Shown: positions 23,171-36,580 of the stretch, in pieces
How the letters are laid out: each line of letters opens with the position of its first letter
How positions within the stretch are numbered: position 1 is the stretch's first letter
Assembly (NCBI RefSeq): GCF_004010195.1
Contig: NC_057718.1
Location: forward strand, 28,332,377-28,396,376
Source: Chiloscyllium plagiosum
Lineage: Eukaryota
DNA length: 64,000 nt
Direction: 5' to 3'
Notes under the pieces: generated by a model
What the model saw: only the letters and a program-made list of their open reading frames with translations
Database searches by the model: none
What the model was told of the DNA's origin: nothing
Program-made: the position numbers and the translations under genes

Positions 23171-25959
23171 TCACATCACATTGTGACTAAGCCTTGTTAC
23201 ATATGGATATTTGGTAGGTAAACAGGGACACCAAAGTGCTGAACAAGCAAAACATTAAATTTAGAAAGTAATTACTATTCATGAATCAGCCACTTTCTGA
23301 ATTCCTAAGAAATTTCCAATAATGCATTTGAAAAACACATCCAAAGGGAATTAGCAGTTTTGGAGTTAAAAAGGTCCTGCCAAATTTCAGAGTTTGAACT
23401 GAGTTGAGAATTAAATAGATGAATGTAAAAATAATTCCTATCAGTTCATGGAACATGGTAGCTGTTGAGAAGATGATAAAAAAAAAGTTAACTAGTTAGA
23501 AACAGAGTGGAAAACCTGAGGCTAAAATGAATATCGTGTGGTTTTTCTCAATTTGTGTTCATGTGGTTTGGATTCAGAACAAATCTTTGCCCCTCAATGT
23601 GTCTGAGCCTCACCTCGACTTCATTAGTGGTATTTCCATTATATCCTTACCATCTGATCAACAGCCTCTAAAACTGAGGGTTTTATGCCAATTTGTGCTG
23701 AATTTGAGGCAGTTGGCCATTTTGGTTTTGCTTAATATTTCCATTTTATCTAAATGCAACTGAGAGGGACCAACATGACTAAACTAAACCATGGACACAG
23801 ACTGTGTCCTTGTTAAAGACAGTAAGTATTTGATTGATCAAGCTGTGACATGCACAGAACCCAATAAAATAGAAATTGACAGCTTGGACTTGGACATTGA
23901 GATTCCAGTAGATAGTTTTCTGAAGATAAAGTGCTAAATGTTTTAGTCCAAGCCTGAAGGTCCCAGTGGTGAGAGAGACATCTAGAAGATTATACTGGAT
24001 CTGAAAAGCATACCAGAATTTGGGTGATGCGATACATATTTTAACATATCTTAATCTGTATTGAAGGACACATGCTAAGAATTCTCTTTAGTATATTTTG
24101 TTAAAAATAGTATTTAATACATGTTAACAGCCAACTGATGAATATAATGCCATAAACCACATGAACTGTAATGTGGAGTTCAAGATTTTACGTTTTGGTA
24201 TCAAACTCAGTGAAGGACATGCAGTTTTCACACCAGTAAAACCATGAATGCAGTGCAATTGTTAATGTATGTTCTTCTTATGATTGAAGGTCACTTTGTT
24301 CAAAATACTAGGGCAATGTATGAAGCAGGACTGACTGGAAGAAACCTCAATCAAAACATGACTAACATGTAGTGAGTTTGTGGGAATGGGAACTCTTGGA
24401 GGGATGGTATGTACTATCCTCTTTATTTATTTCAGCCCTCGTTATATATTTCGGTTCTTCATAGTTCAATGAATGAAAATACAGTTTCCAAATGGAGAAA
24501 TGTACGCAAACACTAATAATGTCCCATCTGCTGTCTTCTTTAGACAACATATTGGCCAACAGTTTTCAATGAAAATGAAGCAAAATCACTGCACTTGCTT
24601 CAGATATGTTACAGCTATTGCGTGTCAATGAGGATAAGGCATTATAGGAATCTTCCATACATCATGGACATTCCATATTCTACCTTCAGTCAGTTATGTG
24701 TCTCCAGTAGCATAGAAAAGCAAAGGAAGATTCTACTGACAGGAGTAGTGATGTCTCTGGCCTATCACATTGTCTGATGCAATTACCGACAGGCACTGCT
24801 TAAGAAAGTCTTGCCCTCTGTCTCAGCAACTGGACCACAAAACACATGATATCATTGCACACAGTTCAGTGTGGTGATCTCAGATGCTTCTGAACCACAG
24901 CCAATTTGTCAGTGATTCAGAAGCCACACATCGTTTCTTCACCTGTGTGGGAGTGGCCGCAGGGGTGTGCATTTAGGGATGGAACAAAAGCAACATGTAG
25001 AAGGAACGAACCACAAGAGGTAATTTCAGACACCTCAGGAAAGTCTCTTGGGTCTATATATGCCATGCCCTCAACAGCCACATTCCTGCAACAACAACCG
25101 GGTCCCATGACACTCAAACACCATCCCCATTCAATGAATTATAACATTTCCCTAGGTGAATATATCCTGCATATAATTTGTTAGTTGTGCCAAAAAGAAA
25201 ATGGGAGATGATTTTGACTTTGGACGACAGAGTCAAATTAGTCATAATGATGTGACTACCATTTTATATCTCTCTCCAGTTGCTATTTTCTTTGAGTTCA
25301 ATCAAAATAAAATTTGGAAGAGATGTAAAAATGAGTATTGAGTCATTAACGTCAACTTTACACTAACACACCAAGCTCAAAACATCCGCAAAGCTTTTAA
25401 GTAAAATAGAGCAGAACAAACAACATGGCCAACATTAAAGCAGAAGCCAGAGATTTTGAGTACAAATATATCCAGTAGAAAGTTAACACTCAGTGAATAG
25501 AACTAGTATTATCATACTTGAATCTTTAAAAAAATGCTGCTACTTCTTCATTAAAATCAAATGAAATTTAATGAAAGTATCTTTGCATGTCAAATGGCTT
25601 TATTTTTATACAAGACGTTTTTACTTCCACACAGTCACTGTATTTTTATATCAATTATAGAATATATTCAATCTCCCCCTTGTTTTAATTCTTATTTTGT
25701 GCGTGTTCATGTACTGGTATCATATATATTTAGATTATTTTTAGACAAAAATTTAGACTAGATTGATGTTTGAAATCTCCCATGGATTCGATTATAACTC
25801 ACTCAAAAGAAACTTAATTATTTCACTTGGCTTCTAAAGTTGGCCATTCATGAAGGCCTTAGAAGTCTGTAACAAGTGTTATCTTACCCACAAAGTTCCT
25901 GCACTTGATTTATTTCCAGAATCTTGTGCTGTCGATATGATTTCTTGTCCTAATGTAAA

Positions 25960-25965
25960 AATAAA
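25960..25965 (+). terminator. Candidate distal polyadenylation signal for KCNK12
   Basis: AATAAA preceded by TGTA at the end of a ~3.7-kb repeat-poor AT-rich stretch, followed by T-rich sequence; other AATAAA at 22233/22237, 22391, ~23863, ~25306. Confidence 0.3.
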
Positions 25966-26255
25966 TACAAAGTATTAATGTGACCAGTCTTTCAATTCCT
26001 TATTTCCATTCTCATTTTACCTGCATCAGTCATTAACAGGCCCTCATTTCCTTTTACCATTCTATTTTTCTAAATATATTAATAAGAAAACATGAAGTTA
26101 GCGGTGAAATCTCTCGCAAGCATTCTTATATTCCTTTTTTCACTGCTTCATATACTGTATGAAACCTTTTTTTCACATTATTTGGGTAAACATGTTATCT
26201 TAGCATGAGCCTTGTGTCTCTTAATTAATTTGTTCACCATGGTTCCTGAATTACA

Positions 26256-26485
26256 GAGGGTGGCATGGTGGCTCAGTGGTTAGTACTGCTGCCTCATAGC
26301 ACCAGGGACCCTCGTGATGTCCTGTGCAGAATTTGCACATCCGCTGATGTCTGCATGAGTTTCCTCCTATAGAAATGTAAAGGGTAGAGGAATGGGTCTG
26401 GGGTTGGGGGCTACTCTTTGGAGAATTGGTGTGGACTTGTTGGACCAAATGGCCTGTTTCCACACTGCAGGGTCTCTTCTTCTAT
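26256..26485 (+). mobile_element. HE1-like V-SINE
   Basis: GGGTGGCATGGTGGCTCAGTGGTTAGTACTGCTGCCTCA head; TGGACTTGTTGGACCAAATGGCCTGTTTCCACACTG tail. Confidence 0.85.
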
Positions 26486-27329
26486 GAAGAGGTACTGAAC
26501 TGCCATTGCAGTTGCTCAAAGAAGGAAGGTGAGAACCATATTGATGAGGTGGTGCCCAGTGCACATCAGGGGCAGTGACAAGATGTCACCCCCTGTTTTT
26601 CTCTCCTCCCTAATTGGCCTTTAAACCCATCATCACCTTCTTGTCTCGCTCCTCCATTGACACCCTCCTACCTAAATCACCACCCAGAAGTTCAAGGCCG
26701 AATACACCTCAGTCACTATCACTCCTCTTCATGGAAATGTTTGAGGTCCTGGCGGCTCCTGCTGCTGAGTTAATCACACTGCCAGGACTACTGGACGCCA
26801 GCAGCTCTTGAGGATGACTTATTGTCAGATATTTTACACCTTCATTGGGCTACTGCTCCTGAAATATATGACCCTGAACAGGTCACGTATACTATTGAAA
26901 AGATTGTTGGCATCCCAATCAGAAAAATAGAGATTGGAACTATTGGTTGAACATTTTGCTTTCTTTACAGCAGAGGTTATGCAAGACCAGACATCAGTCA
27001 ATCAGTTAACAGTTTGACAAGTTTACATTGTGCATCAATGTAAAAAATGGTAAAGTTCTGTGGAGCGTGAATGAACAAAGAATCTTGTGGAACATAATTA
27101 GGAAATGGCAAAGTACAACTTTAAAAGGAAGATTTTGTAAGACATGTTGTGGAGGAAAGACCTGAAGAAAGAAGAGGAGGCTGAGACTATTAATGATGGG
27201 TGACTTCAAACTTAAAGTAAATTATTAGCAACTGCAAAGAATGGCTTGAGATATAGTGCTATGCAAATGCTAGTTTGAACTCAGGGTTTGCCTTTGAGCT
27301 TAGCGCATGTTTGATTATGATGATAAAGC

Positions 27330-27690
27330 CTTGCGATCACTCTGGCTTCATCCAAGACTCATATATCCTTCCTGGAATGTACTTTTTGAAATTGGACACA
27401 GTATTCCAGAATGAGGTCTGACCAAGTCGATGTAGAATTGGCTCTATACAATAACTTTCTCTCCTTTGGAGGCAAACACCTCATGATAAAGGATAACATT
27501 CCATTTTTTAAATTACCATTTTATCCCTGGCTTGTGTGCAAGGGAGACGTATATCCTCTGGCTTCTCCAGCTTCTGGTCTCTCACCACAAAGAAAATGTA
27601 ACAAGTTGTGTTTTATTTACATCTAATGTAGGATACTTTACACTTCCCCATGCTGAACTCATTCAGCCATCATATTACCTGCTCACTTAG
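27330..27690 (-). mobile_element. Old CR1 ORF2 fragment
   Basis: Reverse complement GTCAGACCTCATTCTGGAATACTGTGTCCA (RPHLEYCVQ-like). Confidence 0.6.
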
Positions 27691-28224
27691 TGGGCCAAAT
27701 CTTCACCACTGCCCTGTCAGTCAGTGGGCCCATTCCCAAACTCCATCCTGCTCACTGACTATTTTGGAAGAAGCTGAATTGGACACAATCAATGCTGGGC
27801 ACACAGAACAGGTATATCATCGAGCTCACTACAAACTGAATTGAAGGAAAATGAAAGAGGCCTGCTGGAATTTTCCAGACTGCCTCTGGCTTCCTACAGA
27901 AGCCTGGTTTAGGCCCGTGGATGCAGGCACCTTACAGTAACCAAACAGGGGCCCAGGGCTCCTGCCAATGGGGGTGCAGGAACAAACAAAGGCAGAATAA
28001 TAGTCTAGCTGCTGAATCAATATTTTTAAGTAGATTTTAAAACATTGGAGAGAGGATCCCTCCATATCCAAGTACCCTCTTACTTACCCACAAGAGCAAC
28101 AAGCTGATCCTTTCAAGCAGACGGTTCTCTAACCGCCTCCAAGTTTCTGCTTTCCACTCTTAATGGGACCCAACCAGATGCCCATTATTTGCTGCTCTGG
28201 TGAAACTCACAGGTGAGTGACTTT

Positions 28225-28535
28225 AATTCAGAGAATCCATAGAATCCTTACACTGGGGAAGCAGGCCATTTGGGCCATCGAGTCCACACCAACCCTCTGA
28301 AGAGCATCCCACCCAGACCCACCCTATCTCTGTAACCCTGCATTTCCCATGGCTAATCCACCTAGGCACGATGGTCAACTTAGCATGGCCAGTGCATCTA
28401 ACCTGCACATCTTTGGACTGCGGGAGGAAACCACAGCACCTGGAGGAAACCCACACAGTCACAGGGAGAATGTGTAAGCTCCACACCTGAGGGTGGAAAT
28501 GAACCCAGGTCCCTGGCACTGTGCCACCCTGCCCC
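28225..28535 (-). mobile_element. HE1-like V-SINE
   Basis: Reverse complement has tRNA head, V-domain GTGGGTTTCCTCCAGGTGCTGTGGTTTCCTCCCGCAGTCCAAAGATGTGCAGGTTAG, CR1 tail. Confidence 0.88.
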
Positions 28536-29009
28536 ACTGTTTTCTACTCCACGGCAGTTGCAGTACCTGGAAACAGTGCCAACGTCTGTTTCCTCGCCCT
28601 GGTTAGTAAGTCCTGTCCAATCTCTCTGTCTCCATTTGCAAACTACCATTTCTTATCCAAGTATCTTCCTGGTAAATCCTCTGTACGCTTTCAAATGTTT
28701 TAACATTCATTCTATACTGTGGAGTTCAAAACTGCCCACTTGACCCTGACATAAGAACTATAACTATAACTATAAGAATAAGATCAAAAATAGGCTAAAT
28801 AGTCTTTCAAGCCTATTTTATTATTTAACAAATACTTGTGTTTATATAGTGCCTTTGACATAACAAAATGTCCAAAGCTGCTTCTCAGGAGTGTTTTAAA
28901 TCACAATTTAGCTTTGAGCCACAGAAGAAGATATTAGGACATATTTTAAAAACCTTTGTCAAGTAAAACTTTGCTTAGATTTTAAGTAATTGTTTGATAT
29001 GTAGTTAAG

Positions 29010-29577
29010 TATTAATCAATGAAAGAATGATTCAATTGTCATGTATATCTTGAAGATACAGTGAGAAGTGTTTTGTCACTACAATCTGGCACCATTTTGA
29101 GTTACAAACAGAATAAAAAGAAATTACTTAAGTAATACTTCATCTTCTGTTCAAACTGGAACCTCAAGCACAGCTCTGGGGCTTCTACAAAGTTTCTGCA
29201 AGGTGTTCCGGTCCTCAGGGAGTCCCGTTCCGGGAACAGTAATGACAATGCTAATGCCCCAGGAGACCCCAGCTCTGCCACTGTCCGACCTTGCCAAGAG
29301 TCCAGGCTCCAGGCCTACTGCCACCAGGAGACTCTGCTCCAGTCACTGCCACCACCAAGAGTCCAGGCACAGCTACAGCCACTAGGAGTCCTGATCCATG
29401 CTGCCAATTCTGCAGCCACCACCCCACCAACACCACTGCGGCCTCAAAGATGAAGGAAGAAAATAAAAAGAAACAGAGAAAGACAAGAAGTACATGGGGA
29501 AAGAATGCTGCCGTCCTGCAGTGGATGAGCTCCAACAAACCCAAGCACTACCTACCATGCTGGCACCACCATCTTGA
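29010..29577 (-). mobile_element. Short non-autonomous retroposon with 5' CAAGATGG and LINE-type 3' tail
   Basis: Reverse complement starts CAAGATGGTGG and ends TCACTGTATCTTCAAGATATACATGACAATTGAATC; 3' end shared with 51700-51761. Confidence 0.55.
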
Positions 29578-29759
29578 AAGTATTTAGCTTTCATCAGAAA
29601 TAACTTTTCTCTTTGTTGATGAGCTTTTTTTTTAGTTCAAGCATGTTCAGTTTTTCATGATGTTTCTCCCATTTAAGAAAACAAACCTCCAAATTTGAGC
29701 TGAATTTCAGAACCTATGTAAGGTTTGGCTTCTAACATAAAAGCAAAATACTGCTTCAA

Positions 29760-32300
29760 AGATGCAGTTACATTGTTGGGGCTGTATTACAGGCCTCCCA
29801 ACAGTGAGCATGAGATAGAAGAACAAATATGTAAACAGATTATGGAAAGATGTAGAAGCAATAGGGTGGTGGTGATGGGATACACTTAGTGTCTGGATGG
29901 GGCAGAATTTGTAAGAAGCGTCCAGGAGAGTTTTCTAGAGCAGTATGTCAATAGTCCAATGAGGAAAGGGACCATATTGGACCTGGTTTTGGGGAATGAG
30001 TCAGGCCAGGTGGTAGAAGTTGTGGTGGGGGATTTCTTTGGGAACAGTGACCACAATTCTGCAGGTTTTAAAATACTTGAAGACAAAGATGAGAGTGGTC
30101 CTTATGGAAACTGGGCCAAAGCCAATTATATCAAAATTAGGCAGGAGCTGGGCAATGTGGATTGGACACAGCTATTTGAGGGAAGCCCATATTTGATATG
30201 TGGGAGGCTTTCAAAGATAGGTTAAAGGTAGTGCAGGATAGGCATGTCCCATTGAAAGCAAATGATAGGTGAGGCAAGATTTGTGAACTGTGGATGACAG
30301 GAGAAATCATTCGACTAGCCAAGAAGAAGAGGGAAGCGTACATAAGGTCCAGGCAGCTAAGAACAGAATGGGCCCTGGAGGAATATTGGGAGAGTGGGAC
30401 CAATCTTAAACGAGGAATTCAAGCGGGCTAAAAGGTGTCATGAAATAACTTTAGTGAGCAGAGTTCAGGAGAATCCCAAGGCCATTTATTCATATATAAG
30501 AGGGAAGAGGGTAACTAGAGAAAGGATTGGTCCACTAAAGGATAAGAAAGGAAGGTTGTGTGTCGAACCTGAGAAAATGGGTGAGATTCTCAACGATTAC
30601 TTTGCATCAGTGTTCACTGAGGAGAGGGACATGATGAATGTTGAGATTAGAGATAGAAGTTTGATTACTCTGGATCACGTTGACATAAGTAGGGAAGATG
30701 AGTTGGGTAGGCTAGAAGTTATTAACATGGACAAATCCCCAGGACTGGATGGGATCTGTCATGAGTTGCTGAGGGAGGCAAGAGAGGAAATAGCTGGGGC
30801 CCTGACAGATATCTTTGTAGCATCCTTAAATACAGGTGAGGTGCTGGAAGACTGGAGGGTTGCTTATGTTGTACCCCTATCCAAGGTTAGTAGGGATATT
30901 CTGGGTAACTACAGACCAGTGAGCCTGACATCAGTGGTGGGAAAGTTGCTGGAGAAGGTACTGAGGGATAAAATCTATTTATATTTGGAAAAGAATGTGT
31001 TTATCAGTGACAGGCAACATGGTTTTGTGCAGGGGAGATCATGCCTTACCAACTTAATAGAGTTCTTTGAGCAAGTGACCAAGCTGATAGATGATGGAAG
31101 GGCTGTAGATGTCATATACATGGACTTTAGTGAGGCGTTTGATAAGATTCCCCATGGTAAACTAATAGAGAAAGTGAAGTTACATGGTGTGCAGAGTGTT
31201 CTAGTTAGGTGGATAAAGAACTGGTTGAGCAACAGGAGACAGAGACTAGTAGTTGAAGGGAGTTTCTCAAAATGGAGACAGGTGACCAGTGGTGTTCCAC
31301 GGAGGTGAGTGCTGGAGCCACCGCTGTTTGTAATATACTTAAATTATCTGGAAGAGGGCACTATTGGTATGATCAGCAAGTTTGCAGATGAAGATTGGTG
31401 GAGTAGTAGAAAGCATAGGGGACTGTCAAAGAATACAGGAGAATATCGATAGACTGGAGAGTTGGGTGGAGAAGTGGCAGATGGAGTTCAATCCAGGCAA
31501 ATGTGAGGTGATGCATTTTGGGAAGTCTAGTTATAGAGTGAATTATACGGTAAACGGAAGAGCCTTGGGAAAATTCGATGAGCAGAGAGCTCTGGGAGTT
31601 CAGGTCCATTGTACCCTGAAGGTTGCAGCACAGGTGGATAGTGGTCAAGAAGGCATATGGTATGCTTGCCTTCATCGGACGGGGTATTGAGTATAAGAGC
31701 TGGCAGGTCATGTAAAAATTATGCACGTCATTGGTTTGACCGCATTTAGAATACTGTGTACAGTTCTGGTCGCCACATTACCACAAAGATGTGGACGCTT
31801 TAGAGAGGGTGCAGAGAAGGTTTACGAGGATGTTGCCTGGTACGGAAGGTGATAGCTATGAAGACAGGTTGAGTAGGTTAGGTTTATTTTCATTAGAAAA
31901 AAGGAGATTGAGGAGGGACCTGATTGAGGCCTACAAAATCATGAAGGGTATAAACAGGGCAGATAGAGACAAGCTTTTTCCCATGGTGAAGGATTCAATA
32001 ACAAGTGGTCACCTGTTCAAGGTGAGAGATGAAAAGTTTAAGGGGGATACAAGCAGCAAGTACTTTACACAGAGGGTGGTAGGTGCCTGGAAGACGTTGT
32101 CAGCAGAGGTAGTAGAGGCAGGCACGGTAGATTCATTTAAGATGTGTCTGGACAGATACATGAGTACGTGGGGAGCAGAGGGTTACAGATGCTTAGGAAT
32201 TGTACGACAGGTTTAGACAGTGGATTTAGATCGGCTCAGACTTGCAGGGCCGAAGGGCCTGTTCCTGGGCTGTAAATTTTAATTGTTCTCTGTTCTTTGT
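29760..32300 (+). mobile_element. 5'-truncated CR1 LINE (ORF2 APE C-half + RT + 3' UTR), frameshifted
   Basis: LDLVL, SDHN, KSPG.DG, NYRPVSLTS, QHGF, DFSEAFD, SGVP, ERVQRRFTR; tail TTGTTCTCTGTTCTTTG. Confidence 0.92.
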
Positions 32301-32495
32301 ACTGCAAATGTTGAAAATCTGAAATAGGAACAGAAGAGGTTAGAAAGAACCAACATGTCAAACAGCATCTGAGGAGATAGAGGAAAATAGAGTTTATGTT
32401 TCAGATGACTACATGGAAAAAGATGAACTCTGTTTCTCTCTCCATAGATGTTGTCCGATCTGCTGAGTAATTCCAGCATTTCCTGTTTTTATTTA
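32298..32495. mobile_element. Old palindromic PLE terminal insert
   Basis: Decayed arms CAGCATCTGAGGAGA...AGAGTT / AACTCT...TCTCCATAGATGTTG. Confidence 0.55.
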
Positions 32496-35400
32496 ACGTA
32501 TTTCTCAATGTTGATGATGTCCGAAGTCCTAAGTTGAATAAATGGCATCAGCAAAGAACAAAGCAGAGCGTATATAACCCTTAGCAGTATCTCTTCGTAT
32601 TGCTCTTCGTATATCTGACACTTTCAATCTACAGTGCTACATGTGTAGCATGTGAGAATGTGATTTCCAGATACTGACTATAGTGAATATCATGAATAGT
32701 GACTAGACCTCTTGCTAATTTTACCTGCATTTTTCCCATGAAAAAAACTGACACTTGCTCAATACAATTCACCAAGTTCTCCTGATCCTCCTGCCCGTAT
32801 GCCCACTGGTAAACCCTAGTCTGGGGCCTTCTTCAAACCAGGCTCAACCTTTTGGCCTGGTCTGTGTGGAGTTAGACCAAATTCCCACCTACCCTAGAAA
32901 GGTGAAATGCAGCATGGTCAACCTTCACAATGGTTCAACCTCACAATGACACAAACAGTCAGACAAACAGGAGATCACTTTAATTACTGTAAGGGTCCTC
33001 CGTGAAATGAGCTTGGACATTTTAGTCCAGTTTCCAGTGTTTGTTGCCATAGAGTTTGAATCTATCTAAAACTTTGCATTAAATGGTCCATCTCCCTCAA
33101 AAAAGGTTAGTAAAAGTTCCTTATGTGGGGGAAAAATAATAAAGAAATTGCACTGATGTATTAAAATTAGTCTTCTGTGTGTGAGTTCAATGTAAATTGT
33201 TACAGCAACATTTCTGTGCCAATGGTGATGTTCTAACTGGCCTGGTGGGATGAAGCTGACTCTGGAGATAGAAATGGAACAAGTTTGTTTCCCAGTTTAC
33301 ATCCCAATACCCACCCATCATCAAATTTAACTCTTTTCTTTTCTAGCTAATCGGGGCCAGAATGTACAATAAGTGCCATGTTACTCATGAGAGAGGATAT
33401 CTATAATGAAGATTAAGGACTGTATTGTGATCAGTGCAAATTATCCAGGTGATGATTGGCAATTGAATTGCATCAATGGGTATACATTAAACAATTAAAA
33501 ATGAATATATAAGCAAATTAGTATGTTATAAAGTAAATTCTACACTTCTATCTTATTTATATTTGTGAGTAGTAGGCAAGCTTCAGTCAAGGAGGTAAAG
33601 ATCAGAGACCAGCTAGAGTTTCTTGCAAGAACAGCTCTCCACCAGTGATACAAAATTTACCACTCCAAATACAAAAGCAGATGCAAGTATTCCAGCATTT
33701 AACTGTATCAGCACACACTTCTTCCTTTTTTGTTGAAGCAAGCAAAACAGTTCATCATAATTTTATGGTGCAATTTTCTTCATATTATTTTCAATCCTCA
33801 AAATCCCTTTTGTGTGCGTAAATGTCTTTCTATTGTTAGCTGTTGGATTCCACCCACAGATAGTTATATAATTATGGATTTATGGCACTGATGATTCTGC
33901 AGTATTGCTGTTTTATCCTACCAGGGAATGCACTTCATTCATTTTAATGATCCCATCTGTCCCTCAGTTTGCTGTTTCAAGTTAAACAAACTGATTCAAC
34001 ATATCTGAATAAGCAAATGAATTTTCACCTTGTAGTTCACCATGTTTACACTGATCATAGTCCAAAAGGTGAAAGAAATGCTGTACAACAAAAGTATTCA
34101 TAAATGACTAATAATCCTTTTTATAAGCATTCATATTTGTATCCAAACATTAATAAGAGATATTGAATAAGTGCACAAAATTACTGAACTAAATCCACTT
34201 CACCAGTTTTAAGAAATTTCATCGATCTATCTTCTTGCTGGTTTGTAATGGGTACTTCCTGAAGGCACAAATTCATGTCAATGCATGCGTGCATGTAAAG
34301 AAGGAAAAAGATCTCCTCGATACCTCTAAATAGAGGAAAAAAACAAAAAGATTCTTGCTCTTTTGAAGGTTTGCAGCCATTCATACTTTAAAAATATTTT
34401 GTCATCTGTACGATGATGCATGTCTACCGTTGTAATTTTGAAAATGACAGTTATTTTAAATGCATTTACTCTATTCCTTTTAAATTACAACCCATTTAAA
34501 AATCAGGACAAGGTATGGAACCCCTTTCATTCTGGACTGGTCGGTACAATTTGTGGGTCTGTAAGTTGCACAAAATCACATCAAAACTTGTATTTTTACT
34601 TTACAAGTGCTATCTTTCTACTTTGCCTTATAATGTGAAGGTGTCAATCATTAAGTTTAACACTTTCAAAAAATATTCATTAGTGACAACAAAAATATTA
34701 GAACCCAGTCCACCGAGAAAATCTATACCCTGTCCTGCTTTTGTCTTGGCAAAATATAGCAACTTCACTAGGAAGCAAACTTTCCCAATTAATGACCACA
34801 TTTCAATTGTTTTTACATTGGCAAAATATATTCCCATTGATTACAATAAATTAGAATAAGCAATGTTCACACCCTTCTCCAAGACGCACAAGTACAAAAG
34901 GATACAACAGTTTCAGCACATGCAAAACAGTGACATAAGCCCAGAAAATTCGTATGTGTAATTTTTTAATGAGTAATTTAGTGCTTGCATTGTGCTGCAC
35001 CAGTGTATGCGAAATGAATATTTGTTTCAAGTTGCACATTTATACCAATGATTGTACTTTTCTAATTCAATAAAGTTTAAGTTGAAGTTTTGGCAGTGAA
35101 TGTTCAAAGACTTCTCATACTGATCCCTCGGAGTTATCAATAGTCAATGGTATTTATTGACACAGACCAGTAAGTGCTCATCATTGCCAACATGTCTTTT
35201 TCCCCTGTTCTTTTAGTGTACATTGCTTTCTATGAGTTTCTCTTTTGCTGCCTCTTTCCCTGCAGACTACAGGGAGATAGGAACAAGAGTAGGCCATTCA
35301 ACTGATCAATCCTGCTCCACTGTTCAGTTAAATCATGGGCGATCTGTACCTTTAATTCCTACACAGCTGCCTTTTTGCAATTTGTCAGTATCTCATTATT

Positions 35401-36294
35401 CTACTGAGAAAAGTATTAGCAGAAGGTAGGCTTGACTCCAATCCTTTACCAATCTGGTGTCTACCCAGATTCATTTGACTGGATGACTAGATAATTGCTA
35501 GGAATGAGATCCCCACAATTTTGTTTCCATGCCAGGAGCACTAAAGTCAATTATAGAGGACATTGCCATTATTCTGGATGAAGTCAATTAACCCAATACA
35601 GTCTGTGATCGAATCTGGGGTCTCATGAATCCAGATGGGTCACATCCACACACTCATATCTTTTATTCATGATCTTCGGTGATCGAGACACTACTCACTT
35701 TCCTTTAGTAGAGAGATTTTCTAATGTTGTGGTATTGAGCTGATCCATTAGTGGTTATCCACTAATATTGTTTTGAACGTCGTACAGTTTAGCCACCTGG
35801 AGCAGTTCCCTTGTATATTTTCAAGTGTATGAAGCCTTACGTGGTTAATGGCTGGAGGTTTCAAAACAAAACTGAAATGGTACTTTTCAAAAATGTTTTG
35901 TTAGAAACTACAATTGCTGAAAGGTTCAGTTAATTCAAGTTTGGTTATCTGTTGGTAAAGTAATATAAGAGTACATTCTTCATTAATCAAGGCAACAAAA
36001 GATGATGGCCTTATGCAGCTGTTGTTACAGAATGTAGTGGTAATATATTCTTGACGACAAGTCAACAGAAGTAACCGCAGAACATGAAAACAGTTGATGT
36101 GAATTATTGCCTGTCATTCTATCAAATTAACGTTAATGAAAACACTTGTCAACTAAACAACTTTTTCATTAAAATGTCTGGACTGACTATTAAGATTGGT
36201 GATAAATAATGCCTCTGTCACATGGTTAGCAGCAACCCTATTTCATGGCAGTGGTACCTCGTTGCTAATATGAACAGCCCTCATAATATCAAGA

Positions 36295-36580
36295 AGGGAG
36301 CAATAACCTAGTGGTATTATTGCTCACCTGTTAATGTTAATATTCTGGGGACCTGGGTTCAGATCCCACATGGCAGATGGTGGATTCTGTATTCAACAAA
36401 GAATCTGGAATTAAGAGTCTAATGATAACCATGAAGCCATGGTTTGAGGGTCATCACATCTGGTCTCACTAATGTCCTTGAAGGAAGGATACTGTTATCC
36501 TTAGCAGGTCTGGCCTACGTGTGACTCCAGACCCAGAGCAATGTGGTTTACTCTTAACCTTCCTATGGGCAATAAACAAA
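36295..36580 (+). mobile_element. tRNA-derived SINE sharing its 3' end with the LINE at 53040-55010
   Basis: A/B-box-like CTAGTGGTA...GGGTTCAGATCCC; tail ATGGGCAATAAA as at ~54960. Confidence 0.6.

Noticed and set aside
26256..26330. tRNA genes at SINE heads (also 6905, 49505 and others)
   Set aside because: A/B boxes only; no complete cloverleaf; continue into SINE body
30394..31308. 304-aa RT ORF as an active or domesticated gene
   Set aside because: Flanked by frameshifts and stops; the catalytic FADD region is deleted or shifted; ordinary decayed CR1
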